NCBI GenBank assembly: GCA_965249555.1
Contig: OZ252243.1
Location: forward strand, 1,632,001 to 1,696,000
Direction of reading: 5' to 3'
Origin: Nitrosopumilus sp.
Lineage (GTDB): Archaea; Thermoproteota; Nitrososphaeria; Nitrososphaerales; Nitrosopumilaceae
DNA: 64,000 nt
A model generated the notes under the pieces. That model had not been told where the DNA came from. It made no database searches and saw only the letters and a program-made list of their open reading frames with translations. How positions within the stretch are numbered: the first letter of the stretch is position 1; each line of letters opens with the position of its first letter. Positions 10,399 to 21,002 of this stretch are shown here, one piece after another. The position numbers and the translations under genes were made by a program.

Positions 10399-10785
10399 CA
10401 CTTTTTGAAGACTAGGAACTGTTTCGTAATTTTCTAATTCTTCTACATTTATCCACTTAAAATCAGAATTTTCCCAATTGAGCTTAATTGCTGGATTTTT
10501 TGCTTCAAACAAAAATGGAAATATCTCCCACTCATGATTTTCATATTGCGGTGAATTAATTCTCATCTCTTCTGAAGATCTAACAAGCGTGATCATATCT
10601 TCTGTCATTCCAACTTCTTCAAAAATCTCAATCTTTGCTCTTTTTAGAGGCTCTTCATTTTTTTCTATGATTCCACTAATTCCTGCCCATAACCCTTTCA
10701 TTGATTTTACTTTATCACTTCTCTTTAGAATCAATAATTTTTCATTATCTCTAATGAAAGATGTAACTATCTTTGTTGAACGCAT
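10381..10785 (-). CDS. NUDIX hydrolase
   Basis: Nudix box GIIEKNEEPLKRAKIEIFEEVG; LNWEN. Confidence 0.88.
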   Translation of the reverse strand: MRSTKIVTSFIRDNEKLLILKRSDKVKSMKGLWAGISGIIEKNEEPLKRAKIEIFEEVGMTEDMITLVRSSEEMRINSPQYENHEWEIFPFLFEAKNPAIKLNWENSDFKWINVEELENYETVPSLQKVLFNLL

Positions 10786-10790
10786 ATCTG

Positions 10791-11645
10791 CTATTTTTCA
10801 ACGGCCTTTACCATTTTTGTTAGTCTTTTGTAGGACTCATTGATGTCTGTATGCTCGGCAAGTTTTTCCTGAACCTCTTTGATGTAGTTAATTACATCTT
10901 CGGTTTTTGATTCTTGAACATCCGTGAGTAATCTGCCTACATCTTTCCAAAGTTCCTCAGCAACCCTTCGAATCTCTGGGTTTGCAATAATTGTTTCAAT
11001 TAATTCTGGAGACTCGGTCATTATGCTTTCTGCTAATGTCTTTTGCACTCTAAAAGTGGTTCCTGACATTTTTTCTGTTAGCATCGTCTTTTCATCTTTT
11101 GAGATAATTTTTGCAAAAACGACATTTATTAAATGGGTTAATCCTAAAATCACTGCAATCTTTTTGTCATGCTCGACTGCATCAATTGTAACAAAGTTTG
11201 CTCCTTCAAATAACGATTTTGCAACAGTTAATTCACTTTTGGCATCTTTAATTGGAACTGAAATTATGTTTTGGCCCTTGATTGTTTTTATTCCTGGACC
11301 AAACATTGGATGAATGCAAATTGGATTAATCTTAGCTGGCATCTTTGCTAATGATGATGCTACTTTAGATTTTTCAGATGAAATTTCAATGAGGTATGTT
11401 CCACGCTGCATCTCTTTTGCAATTAATCTAATAATCTCTGGTGTTCTTCTTGTGGGAGTGCACAGAACAACATAATCTGCTTTTAGAATTGCTCCTACCA
11501 AAGAATCTGACACTATGATGTCTTTTCCTGTAACTTTATTTTCTGAATCATAACCTGTTACTTCAAAATTTTTATCTGCAAAATATTTTGTAAACCATTT
11601 CCCCATTTGGCCACCAGCACCAAGAATTGTAACTTTCTTCTTCAT
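10791..11645 (-). CDS. tyrA: Prephenate dehydrogenase
   Basis: GAGGQMG Rossmann motif, HPMFGP, EHD...GLTH. Confidence 0.92.
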   Translation of the reverse strand: MKKKVTILGAGGQMGKWFTKYFADKNFEVTGYDSENKVTGKDIIVSDSLVGAILKADYVVLCTPTRRTPEIIRLIAKEMQRGTYLIEISSEKSKVASSLAKMPAKINPICIHPMFGPGIKTIKGQNIISVPIKDAKSELTVAKSLFEGANFVTIDAVEHDKKIAVILGLTHLINVVFAKIISKDEKTMLTEKMSGTTFRVQKTLAESIMTESPELIETIIANPEIRRVAEELWKDVGRLLTDVQESKTEDVINYIKEVQEKLAEHTDINESYKRLTKMVKAVEK

Positions 11646-13012
11646 TGTTTCTCACTCATGATGTTACTCAGTATATTCATTCCGTCCATTAGTATTTTTT
11701 CCTCTTGACATGCAGAAATTCTAATAAAATTTTTGTAATCTCCAAATCCCTCTCCTGGTGCTACTGCTAACCCTTTCTCAAGTGTGCTGTTGGCAAATTG
11801 AACCCCATCAAATCCCTCTTGATTAACTCGTGCAAAAAGGTACATAGCTCCATCTGGAATGATGAAATCTAACCCCATCTCTTTTGCTTTTTGTGCCAAT
11901 ATGTCTAGTCTGTTTTGTACTGTATTAGTATTATTGGTCGTATCTGCCTCAAGTGCTTTCATAGCTATGTATTGAATGGGTTCTGAGACGTTTGTTAGGC
12001 ACAATGCCTCTAATTTTGCCATTTTTTCAATAATTTTTGCATCTGCTATACCGTATCCAATTCTGAATCCTGTCATGGCATGAGATTTTGAAAATGATTG
12101 AGTAACAATGCTTTTTTCATAATTGTAACTTAGAATGCTTTTCCAACTACTTTTTGCGTATTGTGAATAAATCTCATCGCTTAACACATAGAGATTATTT
12201 TTCCTAGCTAGGTCAACTATGTCATCCTGTAACTTTTCAGGAAGAATTTTTCCCGTTGGATTGTTTGGATAATTTAGTACAATCATTTTTGTGTTTGAAT
12301 TAATCATTTTTTCTATTTGTTCTAAAGATGGTTCCCACTTGTCTTCTAGAGTTGTATTGATAGTTCTAACTTTAATTCCAGAGTTTAGTGCACAGTCTTT
12401 GTATGCAGGCCATGCAGGTTCTATCACAATCATCTCGTCACCTGGATTAAGAAGTGTTGATATTGCAGTGAAAATTGAAAATCTTGCACCTGGACTAACT
12501 ATAATGTTATCTTGTGTAACATTAGTGTTGAATTTACCTGAAATATATTTTGCAAGTGCTTCTCTAAATATTGGCATTCCCCTTACTGGACCATATTTTA
12601 GAAATCCTTTATCAAACACTTCTTCTAAAGCCTTTTTCACAACGGGTGGTGGCAAAAAATCTGGATCTCCTACTTCCATGTGGATAATCTTTTTTCCTTG
12701 TTGCTCAAGTGATTTTGCTTTTAAGAAAATAGATAGGTGTGTTTGTTTATTTGACGATTGAACTTTTACTGACTCATTAAATAGGAAATTCAAATATTTT
12801 GTTGCAATTGCTTCATCAAGTCCTATGTTTTTACATAATGAGATTACTTTACCCCGTAAGTTATCTTCTCGTAATTCATCAGTAACTCCCTTACCCATAT
12901 TCTTTTTTACTTCCCCGATTTCTTTTGCAATATCTGTTCTAGTTTTTAGCAGCTTTATCATTTCCAGAGTAACTTCGTCCATCTTATTTCGAAGATCATT
13001 GATATCTGACAT
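11642..13012 (-). CDS. Chorismate mutase-class I aminotransferase fusion
   Basis: N-terminal AroQ-like DINDLRNKMDEV...R...IGEVK; NYPNNPTG, SDEIY, SFSKSHAMTGFRIG. Confidence 0.9.
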   Translation of the reverse strand: MSDINDLRNKMDEVTLEMIKLLKTRTDIAKEIGEVKKNMGKGVTDELREDNLRGKVISLCKNIGLDEAIATKYLNFLFNESVKVQSSNKQTHLSIFLKAKSLEQQGKKIIHMEVGDPDFLPPPVVKKALEEVFDKGFLKYGPVRGMPIFREALAKYISGKFNTNVTQDNIIVSPGARFSIFTAISTLLNPGDEMIVIEPAWPAYKDCALNSGIKVRTINTTLEDKWEPSLEQIEKMINSNTKMIVLNYPNNPTGKILPEKLQDDIVDLARKNNLYVLSDEIYSQYAKSSWKSILSYNYEKSIVTQSFSKSHAMTGFRIGYGIADAKIIEKMAKLEALCLTNVSEPIQYIAMKALEADTTNNTNTVQNRLDILAQKAKEMGLDFIIPDGAMYLFARVNQEGFDGVQFANSTLEKGLAVAPGEGFGDYKNFIRISACQEEKILMDGMNILSNIMSEKQ

Positions 13013-13016
13013 TTTC

Positions 13017-14114
13017 TTACAACACAGGCTTGATTGTTCCCGCAAGGAGTGCGTGATCTGCTATGGTCAAGGCTACAAGTGAGTCTACTACGGGTGGCGC
13101 TCTAGGTACAACACATGGGTCATGCCTTCCTTTAACTTGAAGCATTGTCTCTTTTTTGGTCTTAATGTCTACTGTGCTTTGTTTTTGTGCAATTGATGAT
13201 GCTGGCTTGAATGCAATTCTCATAGTAATTGGCATTCCATTTGAAATACCTCCAAGAATTCCACCAGAATTGTTTGTCTTTGTAATTATTTTTCCTTTTT
13301 TAATGGTATACAAGTCATTATTTTCAGAACCGTAAAGTTCTGAACCTCTAAATCCTGAACCAAACTCTACTCCTTTCACAGATGGAATTGAAAAAATTGC
13401 TTTACTCAAATCTGATTCTAACGAACTAAAAATTGGTTCTCCTAATCCTACTGGAACATTTGTTGTAACTGATTCAATTATTCCTCCAAGAGAGTCTCCT
13501 TTTTTTCTTGCATCTAAAATACCCGACCTCATCATTTTTGCAGTTTTATTTTCAGGACATCTCACTTCATTTTTGTAAATTGATTTGATCATTTTTTCAT
13601 TAAATGTTCTCTCCATCTTTACTTTTCCAATTTGTGTTGTGTAAGAATTTGTTTCAATTCCTAATGCTACTTTGAGTAATTTTCTTGCAATAGCTCCTCC
13701 CATTACATGTGTTGCAGTTAATCGTCCAGAGAATCTTCCTCCTCCTCTGTAATCATTATAATGGTTATATTTTATCATAGCAGGATAGTCTGAATGCCCT
13801 GGTCTTAGTTTTGTTTTCAAATTTTCATAGTCTTTTGATTTTTGGTCACTATTCCAAATCATCATTGTAATTGGAGCACCCGTGGTATGTCCTCTGAACA
13901 CTCCAGATATAATTTCAACAACATCTCCTTCCTTTCTTTGAGTTGAAATAATATTTTGACCTGGCCTTCTTTGGTTCAACATCTTTTGGATTTCTTTTTC
14001 GTCAATTTCTAATCCTGCAGGACAACCATCTAAAACAGCACCAATGGCTTTTCCATGACTTTCTCCAAAACTTGTTAAAACAAGATGCTGACCAATAGAA
14101 CTTCCCGGCAACAC
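13017..14114 (-). CDS. aroC: Chorismate synthase
   Basis: FGESHG, RPGHSD, GGILGGIS, GRHDPC. Confidence 0.97.
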   Translation of the reverse strand: MLPGSSIGQHLVLTSFGESHGKAIGAVLDGCPAGLEIDEKEIQKMLNQRRPGQNIISTQRKEGDVVEIISGVFRGHTTGAPITMMIWNSDQKSKDYENLKTKLRPGHSDYPAMIKYNHYNDYRGGGRFSGRLTATHVMGGAIARKLLKVALGIETNSYTTQIGKVKMERTFNEKMIKSIYKNEVRCPENKTAKMMRSGILDARKKGDSLGGIIESVTTNVPVGLGEPIFSSLESDLSKAIFSIPSVKGVEFGSGFRGSELYGSENNDLYTIKKGKIITKTNNSGGILGGISNGMPITMRIAFKPASSIAQKQSTVDIKTKKETMLQVKGRHDPCVVPRAPPVVDSLVALTIADHALLAGTIKPVL

Positions 14115-14240
14115 AATATCAAAGCTAAATGATGCTTATAATCGTGCCCTAGGTCTAGTTTTTAGGTAATTCTCAGAAAAATAGGCGTGATTTTAAGTTG
14201 TATCTTTATCTATTTTAGTTGATTTTTTTTAAAAATTGTT

Positions 14241-15509
14241 TCACCAAGTTTGAATTTTTGCACCTAGATTATTCATCTCTTCTACAAAACTTGGATATGA
14301 AATTTTGACTGATTCAGGGTCTGTTACAGTACAATTCCCTATATACATTCCCGCGATACAAAATGCCATGAATAGTCTATGATCATTTTCAGAATTTAAT
14401 TCCGCACCTCTTAAATTTTCTGATGATTCTAAAATCATACCATCTTCTTTTTCTTGAATTTTTATTCCAAGTTTTACAAGCTCCCTTGATACAATTGCGA
14501 TCCTATCTGTTTCTTTTAGTCTTGCATGCTTTACATTAACTATTTCAATTGGACTTGCTGAATTCAATGCCAAAATTGCAAGAGGTGGAAGAAGGTCTGG
14601 AGAATTACTTAGATCAAATCTACCTCCAGTTAATTTTTGAGGAGATTTAATTTTAATTTTTCCATCATTGATGATAACATTTACTCCTAATTGTTCTAAA
14701 ATATCAATAAACAATTCATCTCCTTGCGGCAAGTTTCCAATATCACCTTTAATTTTAATTTCTTCTCCATTAAGTACTGCAGCTGACAAGAGTAGTGCAA
14801 GACTTGAAAAATCAATTGGTACTGTAAATGTAGTGCTTTTGTAGATTTGTGGTGTTATGCTGTATCTTTTATATGGAATTAATGTTTGAACCGATACTCC
14901 AAACTTTTTCATTGTTGCAATTGTTGCATCAAGATATGGTTTTGATACTAAATTTCCTTCTATGGTTAGATTAATTCCATTTTCTGTCAATGGCGCACAA
15001 ATTAATAACGCAGAGATGAATTGACTTGAATAATTTCCTGGAATAGTAACATCACCACCTAAAATTTTTCCTTTGATTTTGATTGGTGGTTTTCCATCTG
15101 TTGAGCTGCATTGTGCTCCTATGCTTGATAGTGCATCTAATAGAGGCTGCATTGGTCGTTTTTGTAGACTAGAATCTCCTGTTAAGATAATCTCTTGAGA
15201 AAATAGACTAGCAATACCTGATGCAATTCTAATTGTTGTTCCAGAGTTTTCTGTATTGATTTCAGGCACATTTGTGCCTAATTTGATTGGGTTTTTGACA
15301 ATAATTGACGAATTTTTTATTTCTATCTCGGCTCCAAATTTTTTGCAGGTCTCAATTGTTGCAATGGTATCTGCTGATAACAATACATTATCCACTCTGC
15401 TGTTATTTCCTGCAAGCGATGCAAGAAAAATTGCTCTATGTGTGTAACTCTTATTTGGAGGACAAACTATTTGTCCTGAAATTTTTGATTTTTCAACTTT
15501 ACAATTCAT
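14241..15509 (-). CDS. aroA: EPSP synthase
   Basis: KSYTHRA, ENSGTT, SSQFISA, KETDR, DHR. Confidence 0.96.
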   Translation of the reverse strand: MNCKVEKSKISGQIVCPPNKSYTHRAIFLASLAGNNSRVDNVLLSADTIATIETCKKFGAEIEIKNSSIIVKNPIKLGTNVPEINTENSGTTIRIASGIASLFSQEIILTGDSSLQKRPMQPLLDALSSIGAQCSSTDGKPPIKIKGKILGGDVTIPGNYSSQFISALLICAPLTENGINLTIEGNLVSKPYLDATIATMKKFGVSVQTLIPYKRYSITPQIYKSTTFTVPIDFSSLALLLSAAVLNGEEIKIKGDIGNLPQGDELFIDILEQLGVNVIINDGKIKIKSPQKLTGGRFDLSNSPDLLPPLAILALNSASPIEIVNVKHARLKETDRIAIVSRELVKLGIKIQEKEDGMILESSENLRGAELNSENDHRLFMAFCIAGMYIGNCTVTDPESVKISYPSFVEEMNNLGAKIQTW

Positions 15510-16356
15510 GAACTTCAGCCTTTTTGTTACTAACTTTTGAAATAATTACATTTCCTTCTAATGTTGAAAATATTTTTTTTATATTTGCTTCATTTTCTTT
15601 TTTTGCTATTGCTGCAACAGCAGGTCCATTTCCAGAAACTGATGCCCCAAGTGCCCCCTTTTTAATTAAATTAGTGATTATTTCAGGATCTGAATTTAGA
15701 ATTGATGCTGTTGCTAACCCATTAATGATCATTGCTTCCCAATAGTTTTTTTTCCTTGCCAGCTCCCATGCATTTTCAAATACTGTCGAAAGAACTTTGA
15801 GGTTTTTTAAATTGCCCCTTTTTCTATTTTTTGGGATAAAGATCACCACAACTAAATTAGTTGGACCTTTTTCAAAATGAACTCGTTTTCTCTTTGCATT
15901 ATCTGTAACATTAAATCCTCCATAGTAACATGAACATGCATCATCAAAGGCACCTGTGATGCTTACTTTGGATTCAATTGACGCATCAACTCCTGCAAGT
16001 AAAATTTCTTGATCAGTAAATTTTGGTTTGAATATATTTGCACACGCTAATGCTATTGCAGATGAAATAGCACTTGAGCTTTTAAGTCCAAACCCAGTTG
16101 GAATTTCTGAATCAAGTGTAATTGTAATTTTGTTTTGCTCTAAATCTTTCTTTGAAACTATTTTTTCCACAGTTTTATTGATCAAGCGAGAACTGAGGGT
16201 TTTATTTTTAGATTGTAGTATGATCCCCTTCCCAGGACTAGTTTCTACTACTGCTTCTACTTTTAGTGCAATTCCTAATGTTGCACCTTTTTGGTTTGCA
16301 ATCGCATTTACGAGGGAAATTGCTCCATGCACTGTAGCTATTGCTTTTGCCATCAA
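15499..16356 (-). CDS. aroK: Archaeal shikimate kinase (GHMP family)
   Basis: IPTGFGLKSSSA, TGAFDD, SGNGPA. Confidence 0.93.
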   Translation of the reverse strand: MMAKAIATVHGAISLVNAIANQKGATLGIALKVEAVVETSPGKGIILQSKNKTLSSRLINKTVEKIVSKKDLEQNKITITLDSEIPTGFGLKSSSAISSAIALACANIFKPKFTDQEILLAGVDASIESKVSITGAFDDACSCYYGGFNVTDNAKRKRVHFEKGPTNLVVVIFIPKNRKRGNLKNLKVLSTVFENAWELARKKNYWEAMIINGLATASILNSDPEIITNLIKKGALGASVSGNGPAVAAIAKKENEANIKKIFSTLEGNVIISKVSNKKAEVHEL

Positions 16357-17174
16357 AATCCTCCCAACAATGCTTTTTTCATTGTGTTATAAGGTGCTTT
16401 TACGCCGTGCCAAATCTCAAAGGATCTTACTGCTTGGCCTAGGAGCATCTCATATCCAAAAATAATAATCGCTTTCTTTTCTTTTGCTTTTTTGATAAAA
16501 TCTGTATTCATTGGCATGTATACAATATCGTATACAATTGTTTTTTCATTAATACCTTCTAATGAAATAGGGCTTGGTTCATTCTTTAGACCTACTGATG
16601 TGGCATTAACAATAATATCGTAGTCTTTTGCAGTATCATTAACCTCTTCAATTTTTACTGCATCAGCACTCAATCCTATTTTTTTTGCAAACTCTGACAA
16701 CTTTTCAGCCTTTTCTAGTGTTCTGTTTGCAATAGTAATGCTATTTGCTTTCTCTTTTGCAAACCCTGCAACTATTGCTCTTGCAGCTCCTCCTGCTCCA
16801 AGAAGAAGCACTTTTGTATTTTTAATGTTTAATTCCTTTTTCTTAAATGGTTCTATGAATCCCTCCATATCTGTATTGTATCCTTTAAGAATACCATTTT
16901 CATTTGCAACAGTGTTAACTGCGCCAATCAAACTGCATGCTTCATCCGTTTTATCAAGATATTTCATCATCTCAACTTTATGAGGGATGGTAACGTTGAA
17001 TCCATCCACCTTAATTTTTTTCAATCCTTCAATTCCATCTGCTAACTCTCCTTTTGGAATTCTATAAGCAATGTATGAACAATCTAAATTTAATTCTCTA
17101 AATACTGCACTATGAATATTTGGAGATAATGTATGATCAATTGGATCTCCAATTATCGCAAATGTTTTCCCCAT
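16353..17174 (-). CDS. aroE: Shikimate dehydrogenase
   Basis: HTLSP, NVTIPHK, GAVNT, NTD, GAGGAA. Confidence 0.96.
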   Translation of the reverse strand: MGKTFAIIGDPIDHTLSPNIHSAVFRELNLDCSYIAYRIPKGELADGIEGLKKIKVDGFNVTIPHKVEMMKYLDKTDEACSLIGAVNTVANENGILKGYNTDMEGFIEPFKKKELNIKNTKVLLLGAGGAARAIVAGFAKEKANSITIANRTLEKAEKLSEFAKKIGLSADAVKIEEVNDTAKDYDIIVNATSVGLKNEPSPISLEGINEKTIVYDIVYMPMNTDFIKKAKEKKAIIIFGYEMLLGQAVRSFEIWHGVKAPYNTMKKALLGGF

Positions 17175-17225
17175 CTTATTTTCTTGAGTAATAAGATTGA
17201 TTTAAACTCTCAACTGTTGATTTGG

Positions 17226-17897
17226 TTATTTTTTTAGATTTGTAATTTTTTTTACTTCATCAACACTGAACTGTCCAGGGGCAATTGCCTTTCCCAATGA
17301 GACATATGTGTATGGGCTACCTAAATACAGGCACAAAATTCTTGAAACTCTGCCAAAATCACCCATTGCAAATGATATTAGATTATTTTTTCCTTTTTTG
17401 CTGTATAACTCAAGCATTCTATTGGAATCATCCGTTGTTTTTGCAGTACATACAATTTTTACATTAGATGAAAATTTACTCATTTGATTCATTTTCTTTT
17501 TTAGTTCTGCAGAACTTGGTGTTTTCTTAAAGTCATGCCATGATACCAACAATTTTGTTTTTGTTGATTTTAGATATTTTCTTAATGATGAATTTCTTTT
17601 CAATGTGTTAAATTCTACATCTAATAGGAATGGGTTGTATTCTGCAATTAGTTTTAGAATCAAAATTCGCTCTTTTTCATTTCCTGAAAATTTTCCACCT
17701 TCTGTTTTTGGTCTTAGTGTACATACAATCTTGTTTAGATCTTTTTTGATTAACTCTATTGCTTCTGGAATTTGTTCAATCTTTAAAAAATCAAATCTGA
17801 CTTCAACATAATCTGATTTTTTTAGTGCAATTTTTAATGTCTGTTTTATTTTGTATGGAGTTTTTTCTGCAATGGAGACACAAGTTTTGTATTTCAT
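17226..17897 (-). CDS. aroD: Type I 3-dehydroquinate dehydratase
   Basis: EVRFD, TLRPKTEGG, SWHDF, APGQ. Confidence 0.93.
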   Translation of the reverse strand: MKYKTCVSIAEKTPYKIKQTLKIALKKSDYVEVRFDFLKIEQIPEAIELIKKDLNKIVCTLRPKTEGGKFSGNEKERILILKLIAEYNPFLLDVEFNTLKRNSSLRKYLKSTKTKLLVSWHDFKKTPSSAELKKKMNQMSKFSSNVKIVCTAKTTDDSNRMLELYSKKGKNNLISFAMGDFGRVSRILCLYLGSPYTYVSLGKAIAPGQFSVDEVKKITNLKK

Positions 17898-18952
17898 TTT
17901 TCTAATATGTATTCATCTGAAACTTCCATTCCAAAATGTCTACCCGTAGCGGATTTTGCATGTACCATAACCATATCTCCTTTTTTTAGATGTGTAACTG
18001 ATACTAGTTGCCCATTTGGTCTTACAAAGCGAATTGTTTCAGCATCTTGTGCAATAATTCCGCCTATTTCCTCTCCTGCAGATGCTTTGATCATTAACAT
18101 TGGTCTTCGTTCAATCTTTGATCTTCCAACTGTTGCTCTTCTTGCTTTTCCTTTAGAATTAAGAATTAATACTTCGGAACCTGTTTCAACTTCTGAGAGA
18201 TAGTTGGTCGTACCATCGGGTGCAAGAGTATAACAATGAACAGCACCTGCATTTACTCTAAATGGTCTTGGGGATGTAAATGATGATCCTACTGATTCAT
18301 TATGAACTAGAAACAAAAAGTTTGATCTGTTTCCAATTAGCATTCCTTCTCCTTTGTGAAGCATTGAAGCTGTATCTACACAAACACGTTCGCCATCTCC
18401 AACTTCTTTTATTTCAATAATCTTTGCAGGCTTCATATCAAAACTACTGGTTCCTAGGTATACCATCGCCTCTCTTACTTCATTAATTGTTGATGTGCTG
18501 AAAATTACCCCATCAACTCCTACCTCTAAAATTGAAAACATTTTTCTTACTTCTTTAGGCGTTCTGGCAATTGCAAAAATTTTGGTATGTATTTTGTGGA
18601 GTTTTGCAATAATATTCTCAAGAGGAATAATTTTCCAGTCTTTTACTTCTACTATAACAAAGTCTAATCCTTTCTTTGCAGCAGAAAGAATATTTTCAAT
18701 ATCTGAATTCGATGATACCTGGAATTTCATTCCAACTTTCTTGCCTTTAGGCTTGGATGCTCCTTTTTCAAGAACCACATACTTTGCAGCACTTGAAGGA
18801 AAAACTGTCTGTAGTTTTGTTTTTCTCTTGCCTAGTTTTTTGGGGTCAAGATACACCATCTTGATTCCTTCAGCTTCTAATTGAGGAAGAAATTTGGTTA
18901 ATTGCGACTCTGGCACTTTAGGTGTAATTATTAATTCTCTTGTTTTACTCAA
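17894..18952 (-). CDS. aroB': 3-dehydroquinate synthase II
   Basis: DWKIIPLEN, RVCVDT, RPFRVNAGAVH, RHFG. Confidence 0.94.
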   Translation of the reverse strand: MSKTRELIITPKVPESQLTKFLPQLEAEGIKMVYLDPKKLGKRKTKLQTVFPSSAAKYVVLEKGASKPKGKKVGMKFQVSSNSDIENILSAAKKGLDFVIVEVKDWKIIPLENIIAKLHKIHTKIFAIARTPKEVRKMFSILEVGVDGVIFSTSTINEVREAMVYLGTSSFDMKPAKIIEIKEVGDGERVCVDTASMLHKGEGMLIGNRSNFLFLVHNESVGSSFTSPRPFRVNAGAVHCYTLAPDGTTNYLSEVETGSEVLILNSKGKARRATVGRSKIERRPMLMIKASAGEEIGGIIAQDAETIRFVRPNGQLVSVTHLKKGDMVMVHAKSATGRHFGMEVSDEYILEK

Positions 18953-19727
18953 TTTTTTTCAATGCTTCCTTTGCTGTTCCTTCCCTAAAAATTATTTCAG
19001 CTAATGCCTCTACTATTTTTTCAGGTGTTTTATGTGCAAAGATGTTTCTGCCATATGTGACACCTTTAGCTCCTGCAGACATGGCATCTTCAGTCATTTG
19101 AAGAATATCTAAATCTGTTTTTGCTTTTGGTCCACCTGCAATAACAATTGGAACTGGTGTGCTCTTTACAATTTTTGCAAAGGAATCTATATCACCTGTG
19201 TATAATGTTTTCACAATATCCGCACCGCATTCTGCACCAATTCTTGCAACATGTCCAACAATTTCAGGATCATGAGGGTCCTTGATGTTTTCTCCTCTTG
19301 GATACATCATTGCCAATAATGGCATTCCCCATTTGTGACATTGATCAGCAGTTGTTCCAAGTTGTTCTAACATCTCTGGTTCTTCTTTACCGCCAATGTT
19401 GATGTGTAATGAAACACCATCTGCTCCTAATGCCACAGCTTCTTTTACTGTTCCAGTTAACATCTTGCGATTGGGTGATAATGATAATGAAGTGCTACTT
19501 GAAAAATGAACTAAAATGCCAACTTTGGTTGGTTTAGGTAATGTTTTGAGAATTCCTTTGTTGATAATTACACTTGTGAGTCCATGTCCCTCACATTTGT
19601 AAATTGTAGAAGCGGGATCTTCGAGACCCTCAATAGGTCCATTTGAAATACCATGATCCATTGGAATACAAAGCATTCTTCCTTTTCTGAGAATTCGATT
19701 GAGTCTAATTTGATTTCCTGATACCAT
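18945..19727 (-). CDS. aroA': 2-amino-3,7-dideoxy-D-threo-hept-6-ulosonate synthase
   Basis: PMDHG, MYPRG, GADIVKT, AGGPK; heads the shikimate operon. Confidence 0.92.
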   Translation of the reverse strand: MVSGNQIRLNRILRKGRMLCIPMDHGISNGPIEGLEDPASTIYKCEGHGLTSVIINKGILKTLPKPTKVGILVHFSSSTSLSLSPNRKMLTGTVKEAVALGADGVSLHINIGGKEEPEMLEQLGTTADQCHKWGMPLLAMMYPRGENIKDPHDPEIVGHVARIGAECGADIVKTLYTGDIDSFAKIVKSTPVPIVIAGGPKAKTDLDILQMTEDAMSAGAKGVTYGRNIFAHKTPEKIVEALAEIIFREGTAKEALKKIE

Positions 19728-19883
19728 GTGTTGATCTCCATTTTATCCCTACTTAAAAATAACGTGAGCCAACACACTTGGGTTCAAACAGACTTGAGCC
19801 TAAATTCTTCACTTAATCAATTCTTTTTTCTGTTAATTTTTTCTATCAAGGATTAAATACAAATTAAAAAAGATGAATTACAA

Positions 19884-21002
19884 TTGAGCCAAACTACTGA
19901 ACAGATACAAAAAAGCGATATCAAAGATATTTTGGAGAATTCTCTAAATGGTAAAAGACCTGAACCTGAAGACTGCTTGAGACTCTTAGAGTCTAACGAT
20001 GTTCATCTTATGGGACTTGTTTCTGGACATTTAACAAGAAAACAATTTGGCAAAAAAGCATCTTTTATCAATAATATTATTTTGAATTATACCAATGTTT
20101 GTATCACTGATTGTAAGTTTTGTGCATTTTATCGACCACCCAGTGCTGAAGACGCTTACACATTAACTCTTGATCAAATTGAATCTAGAGTAAAGACTTC
20201 ATGGGATCTGTTTAAAATCCGTCAAGTTTTGATTCAAGGTGGACACAATCCAAACCTGAAGATCGAATACTATGAAGATGCATTCAGAATGATTAGAGAG
20301 AAATTTCCACAAGTTGGTGTTCATGGATTATCTACATCTGAAATTGATATGATTGCAAAAGTTGAAAAATCCTCTACCAGAGAAATTTTGTCAAGACTAA
20401 AAGATGCTGGTTTACAATCAGTACCTGGGGCCGGAGCTGAAATCTTAGTTGATTCAGTTAAAGATGTCATTAGTCCAAAGAAAATTTCTAGTGCTGATTG
20501 GATTAGAATAATGAATGAAGCCCATTCACTTGGACTACCAGCTTCTGCAACTATGATGTATGGTCATGTAGAAAACAAAAAAGATATTGTTGATCACTTT
20601 TTTAAAATTGTAAAACTTCAAGAAAAAACTAAAGGCTTTATGGCTTTTATCTCTTGGAATTTTGAACCAATCAATACTTTGATGCATGAAGAAGGTTTGG
20701 TTGAATATGGGACTGGTGGAGTTCAACTTTTGAAGATGATTGCAATCTCTAGATTAGTTTTTGATGGCTTAATTCCTCACATTCAATCTTCTTGGTTGAC
20801 AAATGGAGTTGGTATGGCTCAACTTGCTTTGCAATATGGTGCTGATGACTTTGGTGGTACACTCATTGGAGAAGAAGTTGTTTCATGCACAGGTGCTCGC
20901 TCAACTGAACTAACAGATAAAAAAATCATTGATGCAATTCATCAGATTGGATATCAGGTAGAAGAGAGAGATAATTTCTACAATCCGGTTAACACATCAT
21001 AA
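19884..21002 (+). CDS. mqnC: Radical SAM cyclic dehypoxanthinyl futalosine synthase
   Basis: NYTNVCITDCKFCAF, QGGHNP, GAGAEIL, ATMMYGH; convergent with a UbiD-family gene. Confidence 0.85.
   Translation: MSQTTEQIQKSDIKDILENSLNGKRPEPEDCLRLLESNDVHLMGLVSGHLTRKQFGKKASFINNIILNYTNVCITDCKFCAFYRPPSAEDAYTLTLDQIESRVKTSWDLFKIRQVLIQGGHNPNLKIEYYEDAFRMIREKFPQVGVHGLSTSEIDMIAKVEKSSTREILSRLKDAGLQSVPGAGAEILVDSVKDVISPKKISSADWIRIMNEAHSLGLPASATMMYGHVENKKDIVDHFFKIVKLQEKTKGFMAFISWNFEPINTLMHEEGLVEYGTGGVQLLKMIAISRLVFDGLIPHIQSSWLTNGVGMAQLALQYGADDFGGTLIGEEVVSCTGARSTELTDKKIIDAIHQIGYQVEERDNFYNPVNTS

Noticed and set aside
11642-13012. Chorismate mutase-aminotransferase fusion as a novelty
   Set aside because: To my knowledge this is a regular feature of thaumarchaeal aro operons.
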